Positions 38,954 through 48,689 of a stretch of 64,000 nucleotides of DNA are shown here, in pieces. Source of the DNA: Candidatus Latescibacterota bacterium (GTDB lineage: Bacteria; Latescibacterota; UBA2968; GCA-2709665); contig OZ252100.1 of NCBI GenBank assembly GCA_965248435.1, forward strand, positions 2,944,001 through 3,008,000. The letters run 5' to 3'. The position numbers and the translations under genes are program-made. The stretch's first letter is position 1, and every line of letters begins with the position of its first letter. The notes under the pieces were generated by a model. That model was given only the letters and a program-made list of their open reading frames with translations. It had not been told where the DNA came from and ran no database searches.

Positions 38954-39736
38954 TTACGCTGCTTCATCGGTCAAATAAAGCGCGTGATAGGGCTCTTTAG
39001 GGAGATAACCTAACTTTTCCGCAAGCCCACAAGATATGGGATTGTGAGCATCCCAGTTTGGACTTATCCCATGTTCTAAACAGAATTCGATGAGCGCTGC
39101 AGAAACTGCGGTCGCCAACCCCTTTCTTTGATACTCTTCATTTGTATTTACTTGGATTTCGATGGAATTCTTGAATGCCGCAGCGGAAGTGGCCCCGGAA
39201 ACGACCCGGTGGCCTGATAGCGCGCAAAATCCGATACCCCGGTTAAAGAAATCCTCTGACGATTCAAATGAGTAAGAGGGGATCAAGTTTGGGTTTACTT
39301 CCTCAATCATCTGATCCCCTAGCTCTTGGTCAATGCGTTCTATATGAAAGCCAGCGGGTGATTGAACGATCAGATTCTGGATGTGACGAATATCGACTCT
39401 TTCACACGAATATGGGAATCGCATAGAAGTCTCGATCCCAGTCTTATGCACACCAAATATGATTTCTCTCCAATGTTCACAGCCGATCAAGAAGCAATAA
39501 GTGGGCAACTGTTGCACAAGTTGCCTTGCGATTGGGTGGCGAGAATCGCCGCCAAGAAATGTGAAGGACCCCAATTTCACATACGCAGCTTGCGGATCCG
39601 ATAAGTCATCCACTACTGCAGAGCCACAACGTCCTTCAAGAGTAGAATCAATGAATGTTCGGAGGTTCCGATGTCCTGCAAACAGCGAGCTAAGGATGTG
39701 CCTTTCGCTTGGCGCAACTTTGACCAAAGTAGTCAC
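38954..39736 (-). CDS. GNAT family N-acetyltransferase
   Basis: IEIQVNTNEEYQRKGLAT, PNWDAHN..S..LAEKLGY. Confidence 0.85.
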   Translation of the reverse strand: MTTLVKVAPSERHILSSLFAGHRNLRTFIDSTLEGRCGSAVVDDLSDPQAAYVKLGSFTFLGGDSRHPIARQLVQQLPTYCFLIGCEHWREIIFGVHKTGIETSMRFPYSCERVDIRHIQNLIVQSPAGFHIERIDQELGDQMIEEVNPNLIPSYSFESSEDFFNRGIGFCALSGHRVVSGATSAAAFKNSIEIQVNTNEEYQRKGLATAVSAALIEFCLEHGISPNWDAHNPISCGLAEKLGYLPKEPYHALYLTDEAA

Positions 39737-39793
39737 CGCATGGAATCCCGAGTATGTTCCTCCGGACGTAAATTTGTCAGACGTCTTCCAACC

Positions 39794-40942
39794 CTAATCT
39801 TCTTTGATAAGCTCCTCAAGCTTCTGGACTTGTAGTTCTCCAAGAATTTCTTCCGATTTCTCCAACAAATGTTTGCTAAACCTCCCAATCTCGCCATCCC
39901 AGTCGTTAGCTGACATGTTTAATAAGTTTCCGTCCCACGATTCCAGGTCTGTGTATAGGTTTTCCTCCTTTTCACGTGTCATGCTCTCATTGTAGCCTCT
40001 TTCAGTCAAAGTTTTCCACCATCCCGAACTCTTGGGACCCACAAGTGCGATTGACAGATTTCCCTTGTAATCACCACACTCCAAGCGAACCTTGGTGTAG
40101 TTCTCCTTCTGTTTCAGCCAACATTTCGGTGAGAGCGTCAACCACCCCTTTCCAGAATGTGCCTGATAGGCATTTTCCTCTTGGTTAATCACCGATGCCG
40201 TCTCTTCTAAGAATGCAGGCACAGGCGGTCCATAGTATGCTATGAGATCTATCGCTTCTTGGTGTGTGCGGTAGACAGTCCTGCAGATTGCTTTTAACTC
40301 CTCATTAATTGGTTCCATTTGTCTTAGCCACTCCATGAAATCGTTCACAAGAAGCTCAGTACGGCCTGCAAATACGAAGCTCTCGCGTACTTTGTCAAAG
40401 TGACGACGCAGGTCCGAAAACGAAATGGGTATGAACTTTTTGCTTTTCGGTTTGTACCCATCGGGAGTTAGGAAGCAGGGAATTACGAAGTCGTAGTGAC
40501 CCTTCACGCTGCACTTCAGGTACTTAGCGTAATTCGGTGTCTGCTGGCGACCCTCTGGGGCGTAAAGCTTGACTTCGATGAATAAATAAAGGCTGTGCGC
40601 GATGGAGACAATTAGGTCTGCTCTGCCATAATCTGGACCCAAATCCAATTCTCGGTAGACGAATGCTTGATCTAAAGGTAGTTGCTCTATTTGCAGACGA
40701 GAGCTAGAGTTGCTCTTCTTCAACACAGCTAAGTGAAGAAACTGCCGCAGAAATTCCGGGCCCGCACCATGACTCTCATTCGGATCAAGGAAGTAACGAA
40801 GAGTTCCAGAGAAGGTAAGTTCGTCTGTTTCCCGCGAGATGATTTTGAACAGGTGTTGCTTGCGACCGCTGATATACTCTTTTACCTTCTCGAACTGGAA
40901 ATCCCCATAGATGAGTTTCTCGATATCTTCTATGTGTCCCAT
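39794..40942 (-). CDS. PD-(D/E)XK nuclease family protein
   Basis: YFLDPNESHG, VYRE..GRADLIV...FIEVK..A.EG.QQ..Y. Confidence 0.75.
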   Translation of the reverse strand: MGHIEDIEKLIYGDFQFEKVKEYISGRKQHLFKIISRETDELTFSGTLRYFLDPNESHGAGPEFLRQFLHLAVLKKSNSSSRLQIEQLPLDQAFVYRELDLGPDYGRADLIVSIAHSLYLFIEVKLYAPEGRQQTPNYAKYLKCSVKGHYDFVIPCFLTPDGYKPKSKKFIPISFSDLRRHFDKVRESFVFAGRTELLVNDFMEWLRQMEPINEELKAICRTVYRTHQEAIDLIAYYGPPVPAFLEETASVINQEENAYQAHSGKGWLTLSPKCWLKQKENYTKVRLECGDYKGNLSIALVGPKSSGWWKTLTERGYNESMTREKEENLYTDLESWDGNLLNMSANDWDGEIGRFSKHLLEKSEEILGELQVQKLEELIKED

Positions 40943-40973
40943 CACACTTAATTCCTTCCCTGCGTTTCTTCTG

Positions 40974-42620
40974 CTATCGCCACTCGTCAATCAGGGCACT
41001 CCCGGCATAATCGCTGCCCATGATTCGCCAGTAGCCATTCGTCTCTCCCCCCACAACGACGACGTGGATCTTGTCTTTGGGAAAGATCGGAATCAACGCG
41101 TCTTCTTCCGCCTCGAGCATTGTGGCGTATGGCTCGACACCGTTGATCGCCTGTGGGTGGATGTAGTTCTGCACAAGCTGATAGTCCCAGAAGACCCCGG
41201 CCGGGAGGGTGGCCGCGTCGTGCACCCATTCGATCAGCTTCTCCTTCGTGTCAAAGCCGCCGCGTTCGACGAATTGTCTGGCAACAATCGGGTCCAGGAT
41301 CAACACGGGCGGATTCAGCGGGTTTTCTCCTCGCAGCAGGTTCTGAACGTGCTCGCGCCAGTGTGTCTCCCTCAAGCCGAGAAGGAATGAGGTCGACCTA
41401 CAGCCCTGGAAAATGCTGACGACGCTGCTCTCCGTTTCGAACCCCTGCTGAACGTGGAACGGATCCCAGGGGCTCCGCTCCTCATTCTCGGCGAAGGTGA
41501 CACTGTTATACGCGTAGTTGTTGCCCTGCGAGCCCATATACGTCTTGCCAGGTTCCGATCCACCCTGGAGATTTTGGGACAACAGACTGTATGCCCGCCC
41601 GATCGTCGCGTTCGCGTGGTTATACGGACCCATCGCCCCAGTCCCCCAGTTCATTTCAATCTCGCGGCGTATCGGACCGTTGATCACCAGCATCGCGGCC
41701 GCGGAACTCGTCGTGCTGTGCCTGGCCGTGACGCCGGTCGATGCTACCGCCAGGATCACGGGAAGGTACTCAGGTCTGGCGCCCGCCATAACCGCGTTCA
41801 CGGCAACCTTCTCCACCGTGTACTCCCACGCCTCCCGCGTCAACGTCGGCCGCATCTTTCCGACGACTTCATCCGGTTCGCGACTTGTCCCGGACAGCAT
41901 CTCCGTGACACGCTGCTCGGTGGGCAGGACGATCGGGAGCCGGTCGGTCCATTCGTTTTCCAGGAAGAGTCGGTGCAGATTCTCCTCCGTGTCCGGCTCC
42001 AGCAGACGCGGTGCGGACCGATCAAAATCGCCCGCAGACAAATCTTCTTCGCTGAGCGGAAGGGTCAGTGCATCGATGACCTCCTGCATCACGGGCTCGC
42101 CCGTGACCACATCGTTTCCGTCGACATAGGCCCGCAGCTCCGCGGGCGATTTGCCCATGACCGGTTGAGGAACGAACACGAACCGCTGATGAGGCATGCC
42201 CTTGGCGAAGGCGTACTGCCTCACCAGGTCCTTGAACGATTCCGTCTGTATGGAAGCTGTCGGGACCCCATATTCACTTTCCAGCGTAATGCAATGCTCG
42301 GCGACCACCGGCGCACACGTGCTTCAGTGGCCAACGGCAACGACCGCCGCATCCCCTCTGTCCCGAATTTCGCCGAAGAGCTCGGGATCCTTCTCGGTAT
42401 ACACCCCGGACTTTCTCCTGACCTCCGTCTTCACAGCGGGCATGTGCTCTGAGAACCACGCCTCCATTTGCTGTATCAGGATATCCCCGTCATCGAACCT
42501 GCAGTCCAGGAGATAGACCGTCTTCCCCTCCAGACCCTCGGGACGGGGCGCCATGCCTGCCCGCGTAATTTGCGGCGGAAAACCCATCGGGTTCAGCACG
42601 GTCATCTTTTCACCTGCCAT
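40974..42620 (-). CDS. UGSC-like selenoprotein (GH-U-STC), about 548 aa
   Basis: ORFs 42324..42638 and 40974..42308 are in frame across TGA 42326-42324, giving VAVGH-U-STCAPVVAEH. AAGGAGG SD before ATG 42620. Downstream motifs WTDRLPIVLPT, TVEKVAVNAVMAG, NATIGRA. Confidence 0.8.
42291..42323 (-). promoter_or_regulatory. Putative SECIS element of the UGSC-like gene
   Basis: TGC.GC.CGGT-GGTC-GCCG.A.GCA hairpin with a GGUC loop about 17 nt after the UGA. Confidence 0.5.
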
Positions 42621-42685
42621 AACGCGCCTCCTTTGCATGTAACCGCCTGCGAACGACGATCAACGATCCACGCTACTCACGGTTT

Positions 42686-43654
42686 TCAGATCGCCCGCCC
42701 TGGTATAGAGCGCGCGCCGTGTCTTTCGTCCCACCGGTCCTGCACCTCCTGTAAGACCCGCATTGCCGGCAGCACGGACTCCCCCGGGATTAACGGAGAT
42801 CGTCCTTCCCTCACCGACGCCACGAAGTCGCGTGCCACCATCCCACAGCTCTCTTCCTGGGAGGCGATCTTCGCAGCCCCTTCCTTTGTGACCAGCTCGT
42901 CATCCATTACATCCAGGCGATAGGAATTCTGATCGGTTGTGATCAACGCGTCGAAAATCTTCTCGTGACTGCAGTACGATCCTGTACAGACCAGCGACTG
43001 ATCCCTTTCGGTCTCCAACCCGATAAAGGCCTCCATCGGGACCCCAGTCTTTGTATGGGGGAGTGGCATAAAACTTTGAACCCGTCGCACCGGTTCGTCC
43101 AGCATCCAGAGACCGAAATCGAGCAGGTGCGTTGTGTGATGCCACAGAAGGTTGTCCGTCCAGCTGCGCTCGTATCCTGTTCCGCCCACGTTCGTCAGCC
43201 GGTGAATGAAGAACCGTCCTCCGATGTGCCGAACCTCTTCCTCGCCGGAGAGAACGCGTTCTTTCAGATCGGCCATCTCCCTTCTGACCCGCAGCGGGTG
43301 CACCACACCCAGCGTAAGGCCGCTCTCCTTGCCCGCCGCGACAACACGCTCCGAATCTGCGAGATTCATTGCAATCGGAATCTCAACCAGTGTATGCTTC
43401 CCGGTGGAAAGAGCGGCCAGAGCGTACTCCGCGTGAAGCTCGCTGGGGATCGCCAGAATCACCACATCGATCTCAGGATCAGACAGCGCCTTCGAAAAAT
43501 CGATCGTGGACTTTAGATATCCGTATCGCGACGCGAATTCACGTGTCGGCTCGGGCCGCCGGCCCACGATCGTGTGCAGACAACAATCCGCCTCTTTCAG
43601 GCCGTCTGAATGCCAAACCCCCATCATACCATACCCCACCATGCAGATGTTCAT
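42686..43654 (-). CDS. Gfo/Idh/MocA oxidoreductase, LigC-like
   Basis: GYGMMG, GKHTLVEIP, RSWTDNLLWHH. Confidence 0.82.
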   Translation of the reverse strand: MNICMVGYGMMGVWHSDGLKEADCCLHTIVGRRPEPTREFASRYGYLKSTIDFSKALSDPEIDVVILAIPSELHAEYALAALSTGKHTLVEIPIAMNLADSERVVAAGKESGLTLGVVHPLRVRREMADLKERVLSGEEEVRHIGGRFFIHRLTNVGGTGYERSWTDNLLWHHTTHLLDFGLWMLDEPVRRVQSFMPLPHTKTGVPMEAFIGLETERDQSLVCTGSYCSHEKIFDALITTDQNSYRLDVMDDELVTKEGAAKIASQEESCGMVARDFVASVREGRSPLIPGESVLPAMRVLQEVQDRWDERHGARSIPGRAI

Positions 43655-43772
43655 CTCTCCTCCTTCACAGACTGACCTACACTTCGGCGTATCAAGAAAT
43701 AGAGCGCAAAAGCCGAGGCCCTTACGCTCTATCCATCCCGGATGGATCAACCCGTCCTGTCGCGGCGACCGC

Positions 43773-45077
43773 TCACCTTTTTTCCATCGCCATGTAAGCC
43801 CGTTCGCCCTCTCCGGTATAGATCTGTCTGGGCCTTGCGATCCCCATCTGATCGGTCAGCATCTCCTTCCACTGAGCCAGCCAGCCCGCCGTTCGGGGAA
43901 TCGCAAACAGGACCGGATACATGTCGATCGGAAGCCCCATGGCCTGATAGATGATTCCCGAATAAAAGTCTACGTTGGGATACAGCTTCCGGGATATGAA
44001 ATAGTCATCCTCAAGAGCGATGCGCTCCAGCTCCAGCGCGATGTCGATCAGAGGATTCTTCCCCGTCACCTCGAACACCTCATACGCGGTCTTCTTGACC
44101 ACGGCGGCCCGCGGATCGTAGTGACGGTAGACGGCGTGGCCGAACCCCTGAACCAGAACCTCCTTTTTCTTCGCTCGCTCGATATAGTCCGGGACCCGGT
44201 CTATGCTGCCAATCTCATTGAGCATCTTGAGAACGGCTTCATTGGCCCCGCCGTGCCTGGGCCCGTAAAGCGCGCCTGCCGCCCCAGCAATCGACGAGTA
44301 CGGATCGGCCAGTGAACTCCCGATGACCCGCATCGTACTCGCGCTGCAATTCTGTTCGTGGTCGGCGTGAAGGATGAAAAGCACTTCGAATGCCCGCTCC
44401 AGAACCGGATCTGGCTTGTAGGGCTTGCCCGGAATCCCGAACAGCATATTCCTGAGGTTTGCACAATAGCTGAGGTCTGGATCCGGGTAGATATAAGGAA
44501 GTCCACGGCTGTGCCGGTAGCCAAACGCGGCAACGGTGGCCACTTTGCTGACCAGCCTTGCGATGTGCAGGTCCATCACCTCTGGGTCTTCAATTTCCCT
44601 GGCGTCGGGATAAAACGTCGACTTCGCCCCCAGAACGCTAACCAACATCCCCATGGTGTGTGAACCCCAACGGAAGCCATCAAGGAAATTCTTGATGCTC
44701 TCGTGGATCATCGCATGGGACTTAACCTTTTGGACCCACGACGTATACTGGCCTGAGTTCGGAAGATTCCCATAAAGGAGAAGGTAGGCCGCCTCCAGGT
44801 AATCGCTCTGTTCCGCAAGTTGGTCAATCGGGTACCCACGGTAGCGAAGAATGCCCTTTTCTCCGTCGATGAATGTTACGGAGCTCTTGCAGGATGCCGT
44901 CGTTCGGAAACCTGGATCGAAGGCAAGGAGACCAAAGTCGTCGTCTGACACCTTGATCTGCCTCAGAATGCTTCCGTCGATGGCTGCCCCGTATTTGGGG
45001 TAGGTCCCGTAAGATATCGGGGCCTCGTAAGTCTTCCCGGTTCGGTTATCAGTAATCGTAAGCGAATCCTTACCCAT
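43773..45077 (-). CDS. gltA: Citrate synthase
   Basis: FIDGEKGILRYRGY, LHADHEQNCS, GPRHGGANE, GFGHAVY, YPNVDFYSG. Confidence 0.95.
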   Translation of the reverse strand: MGKDSLTITDNRTGKTYEAPISYGTYPKYGAAIDGSILRQIKVSDDDFGLLAFDPGFRTTASCKSSVTFIDGEKGILRYRGYPIDQLAEQSDYLEAAYLLLYGNLPNSGQYTSWVQKVKSHAMIHESIKNFLDGFRWGSHTMGMLVSVLGAKSTFYPDAREIEDPEVMDLHIARLVSKVATVAAFGYRHSRGLPYIYPDPDLSYCANLRNMLFGIPGKPYKPDPVLERAFEVLFILHADHEQNCSASTMRVIGSSLADPYSSIAGAAGALYGPRHGGANEAVLKMLNEIGSIDRVPDYIERAKKKEVLVQGFGHAVYRHYDPRAAVVKKTAYEVFEVTGKNPLIDIALELERIALEDDYFISRKLYPNVDFYSGIIYQAMGLPIDMYPVLFAIPRTAGWLAQWKEMLTDQMGIARPRQIYTGEGERAYMAMEKR

Positions 45078-45119
45078 CAATTGCTCCTTTCTCAGTGGCC
45101 TTCGGCAGGCGAGGGCACG

Positions 45120-45809
45120 TTATCCTTTGACCAAGTAAATAACGCTGTCCAGAGGCCTGCCCGTCAGATCGAAATCCCTTGCGTTCAGAACGTTGAAATC
45201 GCCAAACGACTCCTCCAGGGCCCGCTCATACGCCTTGTTCTGGGCGTGCGCCCATATTCCCATCGCCCCCGAGGGTCTCAAACGGATTCGAAGGAGATTC
45301 AGCATCGACAGGCTGTACATCCTGCGGTTCTCCTTGCGCACGACCCAATCCGACCCGTTGTCTACGTCAATAACGATCCCGTTGTAGCTTCTGGGATTGC
45401 CGTGGAGAAAATCGTGAAAGTCACCGATGACCACTTCCGTCCGAGAATCGTCCAGGATCTCGCCATTTCCGAGATGCTTGCGATTCCAGGCTACGATTTT
45501 AGGTGAAAGCTCCACCACGCAAACCTGGCGCACCTCCCGGTAGGCCAGCACCTGCTTGAGAGCAAACCCCATCCCAAGCCCTCCGATCAGCACATCCGCA
45601 CCCCGACGAGAGCCCATTGCATTCAACACACCATCTGCAAGCGCCTCGCAAGACGGTGCGTTGTAGCTCGCCATCAAGAAAACACCGTCGAAGATCAACT
45701 CATGATGAGTCTCGTTCCCGTGGCTGATCTGCTTAAGCTGGAGCTCCCCGTTCGGGGTATTCAATCGTTCCAGGATGATGTCTTCACACCCATTAGCTGC
45801 GGCACTCAA
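45120..45809 (-). CDS. Spermidine-synthase-like SAM-dependent methyltransferase
   Basis: VLIGGLGMGF, VVELS, IDVDNG. Confidence 0.8.
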   Translation of the reverse strand: MSAAANGCEDIILERLNTPNGELQLKQISHGNETHHELIFDGVFLMASYNAPSCEALADGVLNAMGSRRGADVLIGGLGMGFALKQVLAYREVRQVCVVELSPKIVAWNRKHLGNGEILDDSRTEVVIGDFHDFLHGNPRSYNGIVIDVDNGSDWVVRKENRRMYSLSMLNLLRIRLRPSGAMGIWAHAQNKAYERALEESFGDFNVLNARDFDLTGRPLDSVIYLVKG

Positions 45810-46004
45810 ATCGAATCCTAGCTCACGTATGATAAGACAGAATACTGATTATCCAAGGGCTTTTGAAGCCGCACTGTTTCCGATTCCGATTCTGCTGCCA
45901 TCGAGAAGTTATAAATAATGAACACAGGCTAAACGGCTTGACTTTTTTTCCTCGCCTCTCTTTGTTATGCTCTCAATCCAACCTTAATCAGGCAAAGATG
46001 ATCC

Positions 46005-46979
46005 ATGCCGCACCCGCGCTTCGATCGAACCAAGCTGAAGCTGGCGCCCCTCAGAGAGAGACGCCACGATATGACGCTGGACGACGTCTTGAATCTGGAC
46101 GCGTCCGTACCTCCATTCGAGGGCAAGAGCCTCAAGGACGTTGCTGACCGGATTCTATCGGCTCGAAATGACGACCGGCCTGTCATCGTGATGATGGGTG
46201 CCCACGTCATCAAGGTCGGCCTGTCCCGATTCTTGATCGACCTGATGGAGCGAGGCCACATCACCCACATCGCCGCAAACGGTGGCACTCTGATCCACGA
46301 TTTCGAACTGGCCCTGATCGGCGCCACGACGGAAAGCGTCGCGCACTACATTCAGACAGGAGAGTTCGGTCTGTGGGAAGAGACGGGTCGCATCAACACC
46401 GTCGCAGTCACCGCGGCCATGGACCAGATGGGACTTGGGGAGGCCGTAGGCCGCGAGGTCCTTCGACTCGATCCACCGCACGCAGATGTGAGCATCTACG
46501 CAGCTGCCGCTCGTCTTGGCATCCCTGCGACCGTTCACGTCGGCATGGGCTTCGACAACTTTCACGAACACCCCAACTGCGATGGAGCCGCTATCGGAGA
46601 AACCTCATACACGGATTTTCTGGTCCTTGCGCATTCAGTCTCGAGTCTGGAAGGAGGCGTCTTCTTGAATCTGGGCTCCGCCGTCACGGGACCGGAGGTC
46701 TTTTTGAAGGCCCTGGCGATGTGTCGAAACGTGGCCAGACAAGAGGGAAGAAGCATTTCCCGTTTCACGACAGCAGTTTTCGACCTGATCGAACTGGGAT
46801 CCGACCTCGACGCCGAGGCCCCCAAGACCGACCCGCGGTACTACTACCGTCCCTTCAAATCCCTCCTCGTCCGCTGCGTTCGGGGCGGCGGCGAAAGCTT
46901 CTATGTCCAGGGCGATCACGCCCAGACCATTCCAAACCTCTACAAACACCTCGTATCCGGCCCGCCCAGCGCAGGTTAA
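46005..46979 (+). CDS. Conserved hypothetical protein, deoxyhypusine-synthase-like fold
   Basis: MMGAHVIKVGL, IHDFELA, G.FGLWEETG, HEHP, FLNLGSAVTGPEVFLKAL. Confidence 0.65.
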   Translation: MPHPRFDRTKLKLAPLRERRHDMTLDDVLNLDASVPPFEGKSLKDVADRILSARNDDRPVIVMMGAHVIKVGLSRFLIDLMERGHITHIAANGGTLIHDFELALIGATTESVAHYIQTGEFGLWEETGRINTVAVTAAMDQMGLGEAVGREVLRLDPPHADVSIYAAAARLGIPATVHVGMGFDNFHEHPNCDGAAIGETSYTDFLVLAHSVSSLEGGVFLNLGSAVTGPEVFLKALAMCRNVARQEGRSISRFTTAVFDLIELGSDLDAEAPKTDPRYYYRPFKSLLVRCVRGGGESFYVQGDHAQTIPNLYKHLVSGPPSAG

Positions 46980-47749
46980 CCCCCGCTTCCACCCTTTGCT
47001 CCGCAAAACATCGTATGTTTGGCTTCGAAGATCTGTCTCTCGGAGTAGTGAGCTACAGTGCAGACCTCCTTGCCATCTTTCTCGATCGGTGTCGGCCGTC
47101 GGACGATGAACTCTGCACGATCGAACGTGTTATAGATAACGTGCGCCATGGAGAACCACTCGATCCAATGCTCCCGGGTGGAACCGAAATCCGGAAGCGC
47201 TACAGGACCGGTATCGACCTGAAATCGTTTCTTTTCGGTCTGAAAGCTGATCGTCCTGACCGGATATTCGATCGCCGCCCGCATCTGTCGTTCCGAATCC
47301 CATATCTCGGTTTGGGCCACGATCGGCAGTCTCTCTTTTATCGCTTCTATGACGTCCTCTTCTGTCTCCAGAACCTGTGCACCGGGGAGAGGCTGAATCG
47401 TGAAGGTCAGAGAGGTAAATCGCTCGGTCACCTCACCTGAGTCCGGTTCTCCCATATAGGTCATTGCCCTTCCCATGCTCGTGTGCCTGCTCCGAGACCA
47501 CAAAACCCGGTACTCTCTGCTCGGCACTTGAAACAGGACGTCATCGCGATACATCCACTCCGTGCGGCAGGGCACGATCAGGAAGAACTCGTCCGACTCT
47601 CCAGAACCTTCATCCGTCAGCACACACCTCGCGTCGAGTAAGATTCGGGCCCAGTTGCCCCACTTCATGTGCCCCGGTTTGCGCGTATCTTTGAGATCGG
47701 ATTCGGCATGGCGAGTGTGGTACGAATTCGCAAAGTCTGTGGGCTGCAC
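46976..47749 (-). CDS. Hypothetical protein
   Basis: Long ORF with GAGGTG SD before GTG 47749. No family recognised. Confidence 0.7.
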   Translation of the reverse strand: MQPTDFANSYHTRHAESDLKDTRKPGHMKWGNWARILLDARCVLTDEGSGESDEFFLIVPCRTEWMYRDDVLFQVPSREYRVLWSRSRHTSMGRAMTYMGEPDSGEVTERFTSLTFTIQPLPGAQVLETEEDVIEAIKERLPIVAQTEIWDSERQMRAAIEYPVRTISFQTEKKRFQVDTGPVALPDFGSTREHWIEWFSMAHVIYNTFDRAEFIVRRPTPIEKDGKEVCTVAHYSERQIFEAKHTMFCGAKGGSGG

Positions 47750-47771
47750 GTTCACCTCTCTTAGTTCGTCT

Positions 47772-48599
47772 TTAAAGATTACCCCCGCACATCTTGCAAA
47801 AGGCCGCACTGTCATCGTGGCCTGGCACGCCACAGGCGGGGCAGACCTTCGAGCTCATTCTCTGTCTCATTACCATAGAGAGTTCCGCAGTCATAATCCC
47901 TGTCGGTACGGCGAGGATGCCGTAGCCCATGATCATCACGATGGACGCCAGCACTTTGCCCAGGTCGGTCTGCGGAGAGATATCCCCATAACCCACCGTC
48001 GTCAACGTAACGATGGCCCAATACACGCTGTGAGGAATGCTCGTGAATCCGTTCTCTTCTCCTTCGATGACATACATCATAGATCCGAGAATGACGACCA
48101 ATGTGAGAACCGTAACCAGAAAGACCGTGACTTTTCGCCTGCTCGCGCGCAAAGCCTGAGTCAGCAGATTCGCTTCGCCGAGATACTGCGCGAGCTTCAG
48201 CACCCGAAACACGCGAAGGACCCGAAGTAACCTGACCACGGTCAGGTACTGGGTACCCGGAAGCAACAAGCTGAGATAGGTGGGCACGATCGCGAGCAGG
48301 TCCACGAGTCCGAAAAAACTCCTCGCGTAGGCGAAGGGTCGAAGGGCGCAGAGAAGCCGCAAAACGTATTCAACCGAGAACAAGAGTGTGAACATCCATT
48401 CGATACCGTAGAGCAAATCGCCATAATCATTTCTCAAGCTGTTTACGCTATCGAGCATCACCGCAGCCACGCTCGATGCGATGGCCAGGATCAGGATGAC
48501 ATCGAAACCTTTACCGCCAGGTGTCTCCGCCTCGAAGATGACCCTGTGAAGTGATTCTCGCCAGTTCGCGCGACCGCGTCCGTCACCCGCAGAGTCCAT
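47772..48599 (-). CDS. Voltage-gated potassium channel family (ion transporter)
   Basis: RLLRVLRVFRVLKL S4 segment, YWAIVTLTTVGYGD. Confidence 0.92.
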   Translation of the reverse strand: MDSAGDGRGRANWRESLHRVIFEAETPGGKGFDVILILAIASSVAAVMLDSVNSLRNDYGDLLYGIEWMFTLLFSVEYVLRLLCALRPFAYARSFFGLVDLLAIVPTYLSLLLPGTQYLTVVRLLRVLRVFRVLKLAQYLGEANLLTQALRASRRKVTVFLVTVLTLVVILGSMMYVIEGEENGFTSIPHSVYWAIVTLTTVGYGDISPQTDLGKVLASIVMIMGYGILAVPTGIMTAELSMVMRQRMSSKVCPACGVPGHDDSAAFCKMCGGNL

Positions 48600-48689
48600 A
48601 GGTCCTTACCAAGTTTCCATTTCAAGATGCTAAAAAGGAGTCCTTCTCCCCTTTTGCGTTCGAATGCTGTGTGACCGGAATAAAACCCT

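Noticed and set aside
38556-40973. Integron cassette array (ankyrin, GNAT, nuclease)
   Set aside because: No properly spaced RYYYAAC...GTTRRRY attC sites found, genes are in mixed orientation, and there is no integrase.
38457-41072. 3'-end repeats as DGR template/variable repeats (also 6519/10002)
   Set aside because: Differences are not adenine-specific (G/C and C/T changes, mostly synonymous) and there is no reverse transcriptase in the window.
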